Below, piece by piece: positions 39,101 to 51,856 of a stretch of 64,000 nucleotides of DNA. Under the pieces are notes generated by a model, which searched no databases, was not told the origin of the DNA, and was given only the letters and a program-made list of their open reading frames with translations. Source of the DNA: Azolla caroliniana (Eukaryota; Plantae; Polypodiophyta); NCBI GenBank assembly GCA_043228905.1, contig JBHGNT010000004.1:24738001-24802000 (forward strand). Reading direction: 5' to 3'. Every line of letters starts with the position of its first letter. Positions within the stretch are counted from its first letter, which is position 1. The position numbers and the translations under genes are program-made.

Positions 39101-41546
39101 AGAATTACACCTACGACATGGTAGAGTTGCCGAAAGGTAAGAGAGCACTCAGGAATAAATGGGTCTACAAAGTGAAGACTGGAGAAGCCGACAATGAGCC
39201 CATGTATAAAGCCCGCATAGTGGTGAAGGGTTTTCAACAGAAAAAGGGCATCCATTTTGACGAAATATTCGCACCAATCATGAAGATGACATCCATTCGA
39301 ACTGTTCTGAGCATAGCGGCCAGTATGGATCTAGAGATCGAACAGTTGGATGTCAAAACCGCATTTCTGCACGGGGAGCTAGAAGAAGAAATCTACATGC
39401 AACAACCCGAAGGCTTTGAGGAGAAAGGGAAAGAGAATCTAGTGTGTCGACTGAAGAAAAGCTTGTACGGTCTGAAACAAGCTCCACGCCAATGGTACAA
39501 GAAGTTTGAGTCCTTCATGATGGAACATCGGTTCCAAAAAACACAAGCTGATCACTGTGTGTTCATCAAAAGGTACGAAGAAGGGGACTTCTTGATTCTC
39601 TTGATATATGTCGATGACATGTTGATAGTTGATCAAGATACAAGGAAGATTGGAAGCTTGAAGAAAGCTCTTGGCAAATCATTTGCCATGAAAGACCTTG
39701 AACTGGCTAAACAAATCTTAGGAATGTACATAGTTCGAGACAGAACTCGAAAGGTGCTATGGTTATCATAGCAGAAGTATGTGACGAAGATCCTAGAGAG
39801 ATTTAACATGTCAGATGCAAAGCCAGTCGGCTCAGTGTTGCCGACAAATTGCAGATTGAATGCGAAGCAGTGTCCGAAAGGGGAGAAGGAAAAGGCCGAG
39901 ATGAGGAAGGTACCATATGCCTCGATTGTTGGCAGTCTAATGTATGCTATGGTCTGTACGAGACCAAACATAACATTTGCTGTAGGAGTAGTAAGCCGAT
40001 ACATGAGTAATCTAGGGAGAGAACACTGGGCAGTAGTGAAGTGGATACTCAGGTACTTAAATGGCACCTCGGGGGTATGCCTAAGGTATGGTGTTGGAAA
40101 ATCTGTGCTGGAAGGTTTTACTGACTCGGACATGTTGGGAGATGTCGACTCGAGCCGATCCACGTCAGGGTACGTGATGACCTATGCAGGAGGAGCAATG
40201 TCGTGGCAATCACGACTGCAGAAGTCTGTAGCTTTGTCGACTACAGAGGCAGAGTATATGGCAACGGTAGAGGCCGATAGAGATGATCTGGATGAGAAGT
40301 TTTCTTTCCGAATTAGGGATGAAGCAAAAGGAGCTCTTGCTTCACTATGATAGCCAGAGTGCCATACATCTTGCCAAGAATGCTGCATACCACTTCCGAA
40401 TCAAGCATATACAGAGAAGGTATCCCTGGTTGCGGGAGAGAGTCAAAGAATGAGAGTTTTCCTTGGTGAAGATCCATACTGACGACAATGGATTCGACGT
40501 GCTAACGAAGAACCTACCTATGGATAGACTCAGAGTCTGTCGACAGAAGACAGGACTGACTGACTTCCTCCCACATGAGTGAAGGGGGAGTTTGTTGGGA
40601 ATATGTCCCTCCAGTGGGAGGGGGAACCGACTGTCCAGAAGTTGCTGACAATCGATGACTATGAGGAGTTGACTGATCGGACCAAGGAGTGTTGACAGTC
40701 GAAAACAGGGAAGATCCGATGGTTCGGAAAGCCAATAGTCGAAGAGTCGAAAACAGTGAGTCGATTGTTTGATAGTTCGACTATTATTATTATAGTAATA
40801 ATAATAATCATACGTAGCAGAGGCTACATTTGTAAATAGCCCATACAATGTATAAGTATAAATACACTTAGGGCAAAACGTGAGAAACACAATTGTAGAA
40901 CAGAAGTAGTGCGAGAGCGTGTGAGAGAGTGAGTGAGTGAGAGTAGCGCCATAGTTGTGTGTGTAACAACAGACGCCAAGAGCCCTACATGGCTGAGACA
41001 AGATTCTAAGAGTGCGTGGAAGACTTGAGTTGAACCAAAATCGTCTAGAAATGAAATAATTGTTGGGAATATGTCCCTCCAGTGGGTGGAGGAACCGACT
41101 GTCCAGACGTTGCTGATAGTCGATGACTACGAGGAGTCGACTGATCGGACCAAGGAGTGCCGATAGTTGAAGATAGGGAAGATCTGACTGTTCGGAAAGC
41201 CGACAGTCAAAGAGTCGAAAACAGTGAGTCGACTATTTGATAGTTCGACTATTATTATTATAGTAATAATAATAATCATACGTAGCAGAGGCTACATTTG
41301 TAAATAGCCCATATAGTGTATAAGTATAAATACACTTAGGGCAAAACGTGAGAAACACAATTGTAACATTCTGTGTTGTATATCCACTATACATAGTGAA
41401 GCTTTGTTCCCGTGGTTTTCTCCCGTTTTAGGGTTTTCACGTTAAATCTTTGTGCTCCATTGCTGTCCTTTCTTTTTCTGGCATATCTGTGATTCGTATT
41501 TCAACATAGTTCGTTTATTGTGATTTGACTGAACGATTTCTCAACA
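36165..41546 (+). mobile_element. Ty1/copia LTR retrotransposon (Tnt1/Tork-like) with a rearranged 3' end
   Basis: 5' LTR 36165-36650 (TGTTG...CAACA, 486 bp). PBS TGGTATCAGAGC 36654-36665 (tRNA-iMet). PPT GAAGGGGGAG 40581-40590. Partial LTR 40593-40968 and full LTR 41061-41546. TSD ATAAT at 36160-36164 and 41547-41551. Confidence 0.95.
36679..40582 (+). pseudogene. Copia gag-pol (gag, protease, GAG-pre-integrase, integrase, RT, RNase H), disrupted
   Basis: MEDLLIVKDL, IDSGAS, WHKRLGHMSEKG, FIDDYSR, RTDNGGEY, QLDVKTAFLHG, LKKSLYGLKQAPRQW, YVDD, VALSTTEAEY. Several stops and frameshifts, and an apparent deletion in gag near 37130. Confidence 0.93.
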
Positions 41547-42439
41547 ATAATTACCTCCATATCCATAGTAATGTTGAACTCAGGCATGGTTGCCATTGAA
41601 CTGCCAAGCATGGTTGCCACTTGGCTCGAGTTGAACTAGAATATGATCATATAATCATTGCTTTGCCTTGAGTGGAGTCCCACAAGTTGATTTTGGATCG
41701 GCAAGCTTGTCCTGTCACTTTTAGCAAGGCATCTTATGAACCCCATCCAACGTCCTATGTCTCTATGATCCCGTGTTGGGTTGATGATCCTCTTGTTTTT
41801 AGGAGCTCTATCTAAGCCAATCATTTGCACGTTTTTGGTTTAGCAAACCTTTCCTAGGATTATGTTTCATCTATTCCATTTCCCCAAACCTCTGGGGGCA
41901 TAAATTCCATCCTCTTGCATTCATGAGCCCTCCCCGAGGTATGTTTTGGTGTAACAAAATGTATGGTATATGTATGTGTAGAGCAAAAATCAACGAGGTT
42001 CTAAACTACAAGTGATTTTGAATCAAGAGGCAAATGTTATGTGTTGGACACAATTTAACAATAAACATGTCTCTAACAATTAATGAGACAGTGATAACAC
42101 AATTTATAATAATTAAATATGATTCCAATACATGAAGGTGATTACAAAGACAGAAAGTTCTCTCTCCCTTTTAACAAGGTTTGGTGGTAAATAGACCTAT
42201 AAGAACATAGTTTATAGTAAGTGACGGCTTGGATATAGAAATTAAGATATCATTCTCATTTAATAACATATCATCAACGTATAAAATAATGATTGTAATG
42301 ACACCATTAGAGTATTTTGACACTAAGAATGCATGCCTATTTTAGAAACCTTTTATAAAGAAAACATTGCATATGTTCTCATATGACATTCTTGGTGCTT
42401 TATTTAAACCATAAAAATCTTCTTCAACTTGTTTCCTTT

Positions 42440-44682
42440 TATAGATTACCTTATAGTTCTATCTTAGTAGCAGGAGGTAGAGGATGAAGATTTCAAATGT
42501 CACGATCTATTCGCCAAGGGTGTTTGTTGGCCCCTTTCTTATTTCTTATTGTTACAGAGGTGTTTTCTGCATATTTAAATTCAGCAGGTGCTGGGATCAA
42601 GGGCTAGTCGCACCGATCTCTAACAAGATGATTTTAGATGTGGAGTTTGCAGATGATACAACATTATACATGCGTGCCGAAGAAGGTAATTTGTGTAAAG
42701 CACATGCTGCATTGGAAACATTTTATGTTGCCTCTTGTGCAAAAGTTAATTGGTGTAAATTAGTGGGTTTTTGGGTGTTTATGTGGCTGTTGCCATCATG
42801 GAGACCTTCTGAGTCTTTTCGTTGGATTCAAGAAGGAGTTTCAGTTTGTTACTTAGGTTGTCAGGTTGGTATAAATATGCATAAGGAGCGATTGTTAGTT
42901 CCTCTAATGTTATCACTTAGGAAAACATTATTGATTTGGGATACTACATAGTTGTCTTTAGCAAGAAGAGTAATGATAGCTAATTAGGTTCTCCTTTCAT
43001 CAATGTGGTATATTGCACCTACATGTTTGTTCTCTAGATCTTGTTTGGTGCAGATTCAACAACTGGTTCGAAACTTTATTTGGATAGGAAGAAGTAATAA
43101 TGATGCTCGTGCGATGATAGCTTGGTCGACACTTACAATGCAATTTTCTAATGGTGGTTTAGGGTTGGTAGACCCAAACAACCAATGTAAGGCTCTTTTG
43201 GAAAAATTTGTTGTTAGAGCCCGCTCAAGGTATATGGTCAGAGTTGCTTTTAAACCGTCTAGAGGGGGTTTTTGGAAACCATCTCTAAGATGGGCATTCT
43301 TGTCAAATTTTAAGACAAGACCAATACATGGTCCGATAGATGGTTTTATGGTTGGCATTTGTAAATCGTGGGATGTTGTTAAGTTTTTTTATTCGTAGAT
43401 GCCCATCTTCGAATGAAGAACTGTTGCGGCAACCTTTGATTTGGTGTATTGCTTGGCAGTAGACCGCGATTACAGTGGGCTAAGTTGGATAATGGTATAG
43501 CTGCCACGGTAGCCTCTTGGGGAAATTATGTTTGTCATCTTAATAATTCACAGATGTTACCATGTGTAGGGGTTTTAGACCTATGTTTGATGAAATTCAA
43601 TTATCTTTAGGGAATTTTCTCTCTAATTGGTCACCTTCTTTTGAGCATGTTTGGTTTGGATATTTTTCTCCGGTTGGTGTTATGATAGGAGCAAAAGGAA
43701 CAACGTCTCAAGGAAAATGCTACTATTTTGATGTATCTGAGGAAGGAAGATTTTGGCAAACTGATGTGGAATCGTCAATTTGGCAAACAACATTGCAACA
43801 TCCGGTGAGGGTAAATCTAGTAAAAAGTGGATTTTAGATACTTCGCATTCTGATAGTATGTTGTTGCATTGGGATCCATCAGATCATCTCTGGAAACATA
43901 CAAATCCTTCGTCTCATACTAAATTTTTTCAATATTTTGTGAAGTTGCAACGAAAGTTGCTCTTAGGTAGGAAATGGCATGATCTACCATCCGTTATGAA
44001 AGTGTGGTTGGCGAATGGGGCCTCTTTAATGGATGCATCTAAATATTGGAAGTGGTTATGGAGTATGTAGATTCCTAGGAAGATTGTCCTTTTTCGCTGG
44101 TTATTGATCCATTATGCACTACCGGTTTGGGCTTGGTTACGACAAATAGATTTGGTTGTGGATGTATGATTTGGTTGTGGATTTGGTTGTGGATGTATGA
44201 TGGAATCAATTAAGCACGTATTGTGGTCTTGTCCTAAAATTATGCAAGTATGGCAGAGAGTATTAAGGGTGTTGATACTGATACATGCTAATTGTGTGAT
44301 AACTTAGAGACATCACACTGCAAATTTACAATCTTTACTTTGAGTGCTTTTAAGCTCTTTAGTGTCTAATCGACACTTGTATATTTTTCTTTATTCTTTG
44401 TGGGTTCTCACCTCACTTTGAGGTTTCCCACTAGTAATAAAAGTGTTACTAAAAAAATTTGTGTGATCACTTGGGGTGCGGTTAGGTGGGGCATTCTAGA
44501 GGGACAACTCTTGCTATATGAAAAGGAGGATATAGTGGAAGCCTTTCAAATAGTTCCTCCTCATATATAAATGGTTCAACCTTTTATAAGTGATAATTTG
44601 CAATCTAGGGATGATATTATCTGGAAGACAATTTCATCTATTTTGATGTGGGTAATTTGGAAGGCGCGATGTCGTGATGTTC
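42440..44682 (+). mobile_element. 5'-truncated degenerate L1 LINE (RT to zf-RVT region)
   Basis: SRSIRQGCLLAPFLFL, EFADDTTLY, CYLGCQVG, AMIAWSTL...GGLGLVDP, IPRKIVLFRWLL, ESIKHVLWSC, WVIWKARCR. Same lineage as the element at 21530-26915. Confidence 0.88.
44308..44457 (+). mobile_element. 150-bp retroposed insertion (truncated LINE/SINE 3' end) with TSD
   Basis: Flanked by ttgtgtgataacttag (44292-44307) and ttgtgtgatcacttgg (44459-44474). AATAAA at 44436 and an A7 tail at 44451-44457. The host LINE resumes (CVITWG) afterwards. Confidence 0.75.
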
Positions 44683-44794
44683 TGTGTCCAATGGGAGAAA
44701 TTGTGAAATAGTGTGGCTCCACACACATTATACACATGATTATAAATATGAAAATTAGCCTAGTGTCTGATGACATTCAAGTGCATATAGAAGG

Positions 44795-44865
44795 GTGCAA
44801 GCAAGATTTGAACCTTGCACTTCTAAGATAGGAAGCAATTATCTTACCACTAAAGCTACTACTAA
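44795..44865 (-). other. tRNA-derived Pol III promoter-like cassette (SINE head or tRNA pseudogene)
   Basis: Minus strand: A-box-like TAGCTTTAGTGG (44858-44847) and B-box-like GGTTCAAATCT (44814-44804) within a T-arm CAAGG-TTCAAAT-CTTG. No convincing acceptor or anticodon stem. Confidence 0.5.
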
Positions 44866-44925
44866 GTGCTTTAGAGTTTGTATATTTCCTTCTCATATTT
44901 AGTATTCCATAGGAAACAAACATAC

Positions 44926-45031
44926 AAAACCGTGTACACAAAACCATGGTTTTAGCCTATGGTTTTGTGCATGCCACAAGGAAAACCGTGTGCCCGAAAA
45001 CCATGGGTTCAAGCCCATGGTTTTGTGCATG
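44926..45031. repeat. Two tandem ~50-bp units, each a hairpin built on AAAACCATGG/CCATGGTTTT
   Basis: Units at 44926-44973 and 44982-45031. Unit 2 has a perfect 11-bp stem, AAAACCATGGG-TTCAAG-CCCATGGTTTT. Confidence 0.75.
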
Positions 45032-47430
45032 TTAGAAGGATAGATAAACCTATAAAAAAACCTCGTAAGGCTTGTGTAATGGGGGGGATCAATCAATGGA
45101 TAAATCAAACAATCTATGAATCAAATCGAAAATTAATAATAAGAAAACTTAGTTATCTTATTGGTGATATGCGTTTATCTATCTATCTATCTTAAAAACT
45201 TCCTCAATTTATTATTATTTTTTTCTCTCTCTCACTCTAACGACATTAGTGCATCACTTTAGTTGCCCATCATCAATCCTCCATAACCACTAGCGGATAG
45301 AGGCTCGGTGCTTGTCTGCGCCTGTGACGCGCACATCCCGACGTTTGGCACGCGCCACGCGACAACGATGCATATCAATATTTGACAATGCTACTCAGGA
45401 TATTTTTGTTATAATTGTTGAATTCTAGTTGTTACTTGTTCATACATTACGTGGTCAACATGAAAATTTTACAAGCAATGTTGATGCCATTTTTAGGAAG
45501 CAAATGCATTTTAAAATGTTATGGGACTCTATGCTCATTTTTAGGGAATATGGAGATCACATAATATGGATGTATATTGTTCCCGTCATTTTGGGAAACA
45601 ATGTCTACTAACTTTGTTTATGGACACTCTATTGTTACAGAATTTGGTGGTATAGGTTACATTGCATGCTCAATTGCAGTTTGGGGGGAGTAGACCATAC
45701 AAATATTGGAGATATGGTGTACAAATATGTGTAGTTCTTGTATATACACATAAAATTGGCTATGATGTGAGCACAATGGAGTCCGTTGGTATTCTCCTTT
45801 ATCCAACACAACTTTTGTATTTCTAGTGATTTCATAATACCAAGGTCTATCTCTTTTCAAAAGAAAAAAGAAAAGAAAAACTTGTTTCCTTTTAATTGTC
45901 TACATTCCTAAATCATGCTTACTTTTTGTATATCGCCAAGCTTTAAGTCCTCGTTATCTATACCTATTTTATCCAATGTATATCCATCTCCTACGAAACC
46001 CAATACGCATCAGAGAGTTCAAAATACTAGACTTCCACATATGTATTTATATGGATGTATTCCTCTACACTCGACATGTATAGGCTCCATCTACACTTGC
46101 CTAGCGTAGGCATCTACATTTCGGTCATGTACGCTCAGAACTCCACCCTCACCTGATGGAGATGTACCGCAATCATCGAGCCATGATCCTCGATCCACTT
46201 TTTGGCGTCAAACTCATTTGGCATGATCATCAACCTAATGTGTTCTCAACCCATATTAGCCCAGAATTCATCCATGCATCCACACACCATTCTTTGATTT
46301 GTTCATGTTTAGTAATATGATTTGGTTCTCTCAAAGCAAACTCATACGAACTCATGTCAAACCTCATTGTTCTTCGCCTTTGCATGAATGAGTTGATTCC
46401 ATACCAACACAATTGCACTTTGATTATTGATGTAGAGAATCCAATGAACATTTGGCATTCCACACAAGCAAAAAATCAGAATACCTACATGAGAGCATCG
46501 CAAGATGAGCATATATAAACATGTCTTATACCCTCCCACCTTAGGGTCATGTTACATAGTGTACCAACAAGAGCTAGTTAACCCCCATTACACCATAATA
46601 ACATCCAAATGGATCATGTGTTAAAAGCTGAGTCAAGTCATTTGCACCATTTTCACAAAAAATGATTAGACTTCTAAAGACGCAAGCAATCTCGAATGAA
46701 GTGGTAATGCACATCAATATGCTTTTTCTTTGCATAATATATTGGACGAAGTCCACACACACTAGCAAGTTGGTCTCAATGTTTACAAGGTGTGGGGATT
46801 CCAAGAACCGCATAGAGTGTTTTGAGAAAAACACTCAATCTTATGAGCCACCTTCGGACTAACACTGGATGATCAAGGGAGTGTATGGTTCTGGACCCTC
46901 CTATATGAGCTGCTAAATTATTTCAATTAATATGTAAAGGAGGCGTTTATCACTAATTTCACAAGATGGGAGAGAATATTGAATCCCATTATTAGAGATC
47001 TAACTACTAAAGTAAGCTTAAGATAAGGATAAACAAATGATGGATAGAAAGGAGAAAGAGAAAGAAGGGTGCCGATCCACCCGACCACCCCCAAGCGAAG
47101 GGATCGAGACAGACTCGAGCCTTGATCGGCGTCCCATACCACCGTCGTGGCGTCGAGTCGTACCTGGTGCTGGAGCGCTCACTACAAGAGTTGACCCACC
47201 ACAAGAGCAGAGTCTCGATGTAGTCAAAAGATGATCAAATGAGGGTAGCTAGGCCTCTTATTTATAGCGATACCCAAGGCCCCCAGGCAAGTTCACACTT
47301 GACCTAATGGGTTGTCTCAATCCCGAGGATTAAAAGTAATCCTCCCCTTCTTTACACTCTCGTTTAACCCTCACACTTATCCACGTGTATAGAATACTAC
47401 GGTAAATTCTCACCACGGGATATTAAATGG

Positions 47431-50400
47431 TCATGCCCGTAACATACTCCCCCTCTTTAAAACATTGCACTCTTGCAATGGAAAGTTAAGGAAATTAGTT
47501 CTGAGAGTATTTTCGCGTTCCCATGTGGCATCTTTTATTGATTTATCCATCCATTTTATTTTAAATTCTCGGATTTCTTTAGTATGTAATTTTTTTGTTT
47601 TAACATCGAGAATTCTTTCTAGTACATGTGGTTCAGAAGATAATTCTTCAGAAGTAACCAGAGTTTCAGTTGTAACTGTATTGTCGCCAGAACCTAGAAG
47701 TTCTTTTAGACGACTCACATGAAAGACTAGATGAATTCCGACACCATCGGGAAGAGCGAGACGATAGGTTGATGACCCACTGCGTTTGAGGACTGTAAAA
47801 GGTCCACAAAACCGTGGGGCTAACTTAGCGCACTTACCCATAGACAATGGCTTAGAATTGTGAGGTACACGTAAAAATACCTTCTGTCCAGGGTTGAATA
47901 CACGAGGTTGCCTATGATGATCGGCATAAAAACGCGCTCTATCTAGAGCTGTTTTTATATTATCTCGTGCAATATGCAACATATCTTGCATATCCCGAAG
48001 AAAGTTTTGCGTCCTTCGCAACTCATCATGATGTATATTAACATCAATCGGGGCTCGTGGCTGAAAACCATACATCAACATAAAAGGATTATATCCCGTC
48101 GACGTATGCTTGGAGCTGTTATAAGCAAACTCCAAAATTGGGAGATAACGTTCCCATTTTGTTGGTTTTGCACCAACGTATGCTCGAAGCATGTCCTCAA
48201 TAATTTGATTTACTCGTTCTGTCTGTCCATCGGATTGAGGATGATCCGTGGAGCTCATGCTCAACGTAGTTTCTAACTTCTTAAAGACTTGCGTCCAGAA
48301 GTCACTAGTAAACTTTGGATCTCGATCACTCACGATATCCATCGGTAACCCATAAAAACGAAACAATTCGTCAACGAATTGGTCAGCCAATTCAGGAGCT
48401 GTTACCGTGGTTTTAGTAGCAATAAATCTGGCCATTTTAGTTAGTCGATCAACGACAACCCATATGGCATCATGACCTTTTTGGGTGCGAGGAAGGCTAA
48501 AAATAAAATCCATGGATATACTTTCCCACTTATTATTGGGAATGTCCAAGGGATGTAAAAGTCCTGCGGCTTTAAGTCGCTCGGCTTTGTTAACCTGACA
48601 CTGGTGACATTTAGTCACATAGCTATGTATGTCAGGACGCATCTTAGGCCAATAAAATTGAGTGGAGATGAGAACGAGTGTACGATGTATTCCAAGGTGC
48701 CCTGCTGAGGGTGCATCATGGCATTCAAAAGGAATCCTCTTTTTGACCTCGGGTAAATCGGGAACACAAACCTTCCCATTACAGTAGAGCAAACCGTTAG
48801 CAATGTGGAAGTATTCCTTCGAGGATGTGGTGGTGTCTGTTCCAGACTCAACTCTTGCCCAGTATTTTGCAAAATAACTGTCATCAGGATACTTTCCTCG
48901 AAGGTGATCATAAAGATCTGATGTTATTTCACGGATGTTAAATTCACGGATGCGACTTAGTGCATCAGCGACAGTGTTCATGGAACCTTTACGATATCGT
49001 ATGGAAAAATCAAAGTCCTGGATGAGATCAGCCCATCGTACCTTACGACCTTTCAGGTCTTGTTGGTCACAAAAATATTTCAAGGACTCGTGGTCCGTAG
49101 TTACCACAAAGCGATTTCCATAAAGATAATGGCGCCATGGTTTGAGCGCATGTATAACTGCAAATAATTCCTTTTCTTGAACGGTATACCGACATTGAGC
49201 AGAATCAAGTTTCTTACTCTCGAATGCTATTGGTTTACCATCTTGATACAAGACAACACATATAGCATAATTTCTTGCATCGGTTTTCAACCTCAAAAGG
49301 TTTTGAAGGATCAGGTAAAAGAAGTGAAGGAGCCTTGCAAACCAAGTCCTTGAGTTCCTTAAAGGCAAGGTCTAGTGTAGCATTCCACACAATAGGTTTT
49401 GTAGACTTACGCGTTTGACCTTTTAAAAGATCAGTAAACGGCGTCGTCAATTGGGAGTAATTACGAAGAGACTTTCGCAAAAACCCGACAAAACCAAGGA
49501 ATGATTGAACTTCTCGAATATTCCGAAGAGTGGGCCAAAGCTTGATTTTCTCAATGCGAGAAGGATCAAGTTCAACTCCTCGTTCGGTTATGAGATGTCC
49601 TAGATAAGTAATTGATTTCTTGAAGAACTCACATTTTGAGATCTTTGCATAAAATTGTTTGTCACGCAATGTTTGTAAAACAAAGCGGACATGTCTAGCA
49701 TGTTCTTGTAATGTACGGCTATAAACTAAAATATCATCCAAGAAAATAACGACAAATTTTCCAAGTTGTTCTCGGAAAATGTCATTCATTTCTTGTTGAA
49801 AAGTAGCCGGAGCATTGGTCAAACCAAAAGGCATAACCAAAAACTCGTAATGGCCATAGCGCGTACGAAATGCCGTTTTAGGAACATCGTCCTCACTTAT
49901 TCGTATTTGATGGTAGCCAGTACGGAGATCAAGTTTCGTAAAATACCGAGCTCCTTGGAGATGGTCAATTAGATCGTCAGCCCGAGGCAATGGGTACGAA
50001 TTCTTGATCGTCACTTTATTCAAGCGTCGGTAATTAATACACATACGCCATGTGCCCTCTTTCTTTTTAACCAAGAGAACTGGTGCACCCCATGGAGATT
50101 TACTATAACGTATATAACCCATTCGTAAATATTCCTTGAGTTGCTTAGATACCTCATCTTCTTCGGATCGACTTAAGCGATACGGAGGTATACTTATTGG
50201 TGCAACACCAGGTACAATATCTATATGATGGTCTATATTACGTTTAAGAGGTAACCCATCATGTAGTTCACTTGGAAAAACATCATGAAAATCATTTAAG
50301 ATTTCATCAAGTTGTTGTTGTTCAAAATATGTTAATTGAATCGAGACATTATCGATATTGTAAATGTGAATGTCCGGATGAAGTACACAATAAAATAATG

Positions 50401-51856
50401 TAGAACAAGACAACTCAGATATTGATGGACACGAGGAAACAATCGAGAGGGATTGTTTTTTTACACATTGAATAAAATGCGTACAATCGTTCAGTACAAA
50501 AGAAATGGAATGACGAACCCAATCAATAAATAAAGAAGAGTTTTTATTATAAAACCAGGGATAACCCAGTATTACATCGGTGGTACAAAGATTCATTACA
50601 TGGAAGTCTACTTCCTCTATATAAGTATCAATAGAAATTCCTAATGAATGAATCGCCCCGTTGATGTATTGTACTCTTCCATCAGCCAAGTGCACCGTGT
50701 AGGTGTGATCACTTACGGTGGGTTGGATTCCCCATATCTGAACCAAACGATCATTCACAAAATTGTGTGAGCTTCCCGAATCAAATAAAAATTGTACGGG
50801 AGATCCATTGATATACCCGTTTGCACGTAGTAAAGCATTGGGACCCAATACATAGTGAGGGAAAGAACATTGACAATTACTTAAATGATGTGTATAGACC
50901 TGAAGGACATTAGGAATCTGACCTTTATGGTCTGCAACTTTAGCTTTGTTGTCGTGCTCTTTCCGTTGGAGCTTTCGACATTGATCTTTTGTATGACCCT
51001 TCTTTTTGCAGAATACACAAAAAGGATGTTGTCGCTTACAATCGCGATCTAGGAATTCGTTGGGTGTCTTGCGTTTCCCAACAAATTGCGACTGCGTAGT
51101 CCCGGGCGCTTCGTTGGGTTTGTTATGGTCCTTCTTCGAAGTGCATTGATAGCGAATAACTATTTCAACGGCCTCTTCGAAGGATTTTGGATCCTTATCG
51201 TGCACTATCCAGTGATAGTCTGAATTGGGGATGCCATTGACAAAACAAGCTATCAACCAATTGTCCCCTTCTAAACCCGATTTTTGGATTTGGGTTCTAG
51301 CATGGTGAACATAGTCTTCTAGCGAGGAAAATTTCCTGCTAGAGAGGTTCATTAAAGCTTGTGTTGCCTCGGTTCGAGAGGGAGGTTGCAGAAATTGGCC
51401 CTTAAAAACCGTGACAAAATCTGTCCAGGTATCGGGCAATTTCCCCATAGTACGGAGCCCACGCCACCAGGCGGCGGCCTTACCCCCGAGTTCTCGGCCG
51501 ACATATGCAATCTTCGTACTATCTGGCGTGGGATAGAGCTCAAAATGAGACTCCCATCGTCCCAGCCATGTGCAGATTGCTTCTTCGGTTCTTTCCTTTT
51601 TGTCTCCCGTAAATGGCTTAACGACAAATGATGGTTCACCTTGTCGCTCATTAGGTCTATTAGTCTCACATTGTAGACTAATGACACGTGCCTCGAGAGC
51701 ACTTTGAGATTGCCGAAGTTCGGTCATCTGTTGAGCAGTGAAACTAAGGTATTGGGTTATTTGTGCCAAATACATCTCAGTGGACATTTGTCCAGGAGGA
51801 TTCCCTTGAGTTCCTTCCGCTTGAGCGGATGACATCGGGTCGTTAATTGGAGCCAT
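47431..51856 (-). pseudogene. Chromovirus gag-pol (gag, zinc knuckle, PR, RT, RNase H, integrase, chromodomain) with a single frameshift
   Basis: [74 protein letters not shown] and chromodomain ERILD...FKIKW..DATWE. One extra A in the run at 49284-49287 breaks FEVETDA and explains the split between ORFs 49235-51856 and 47431-49368. Confidence 0.95.

Noticed and set aside
47007-47234. Short ORFs duplicated at 53563-53790
   Set aside because: They lie within the two LTR copies, which explains the duplication.
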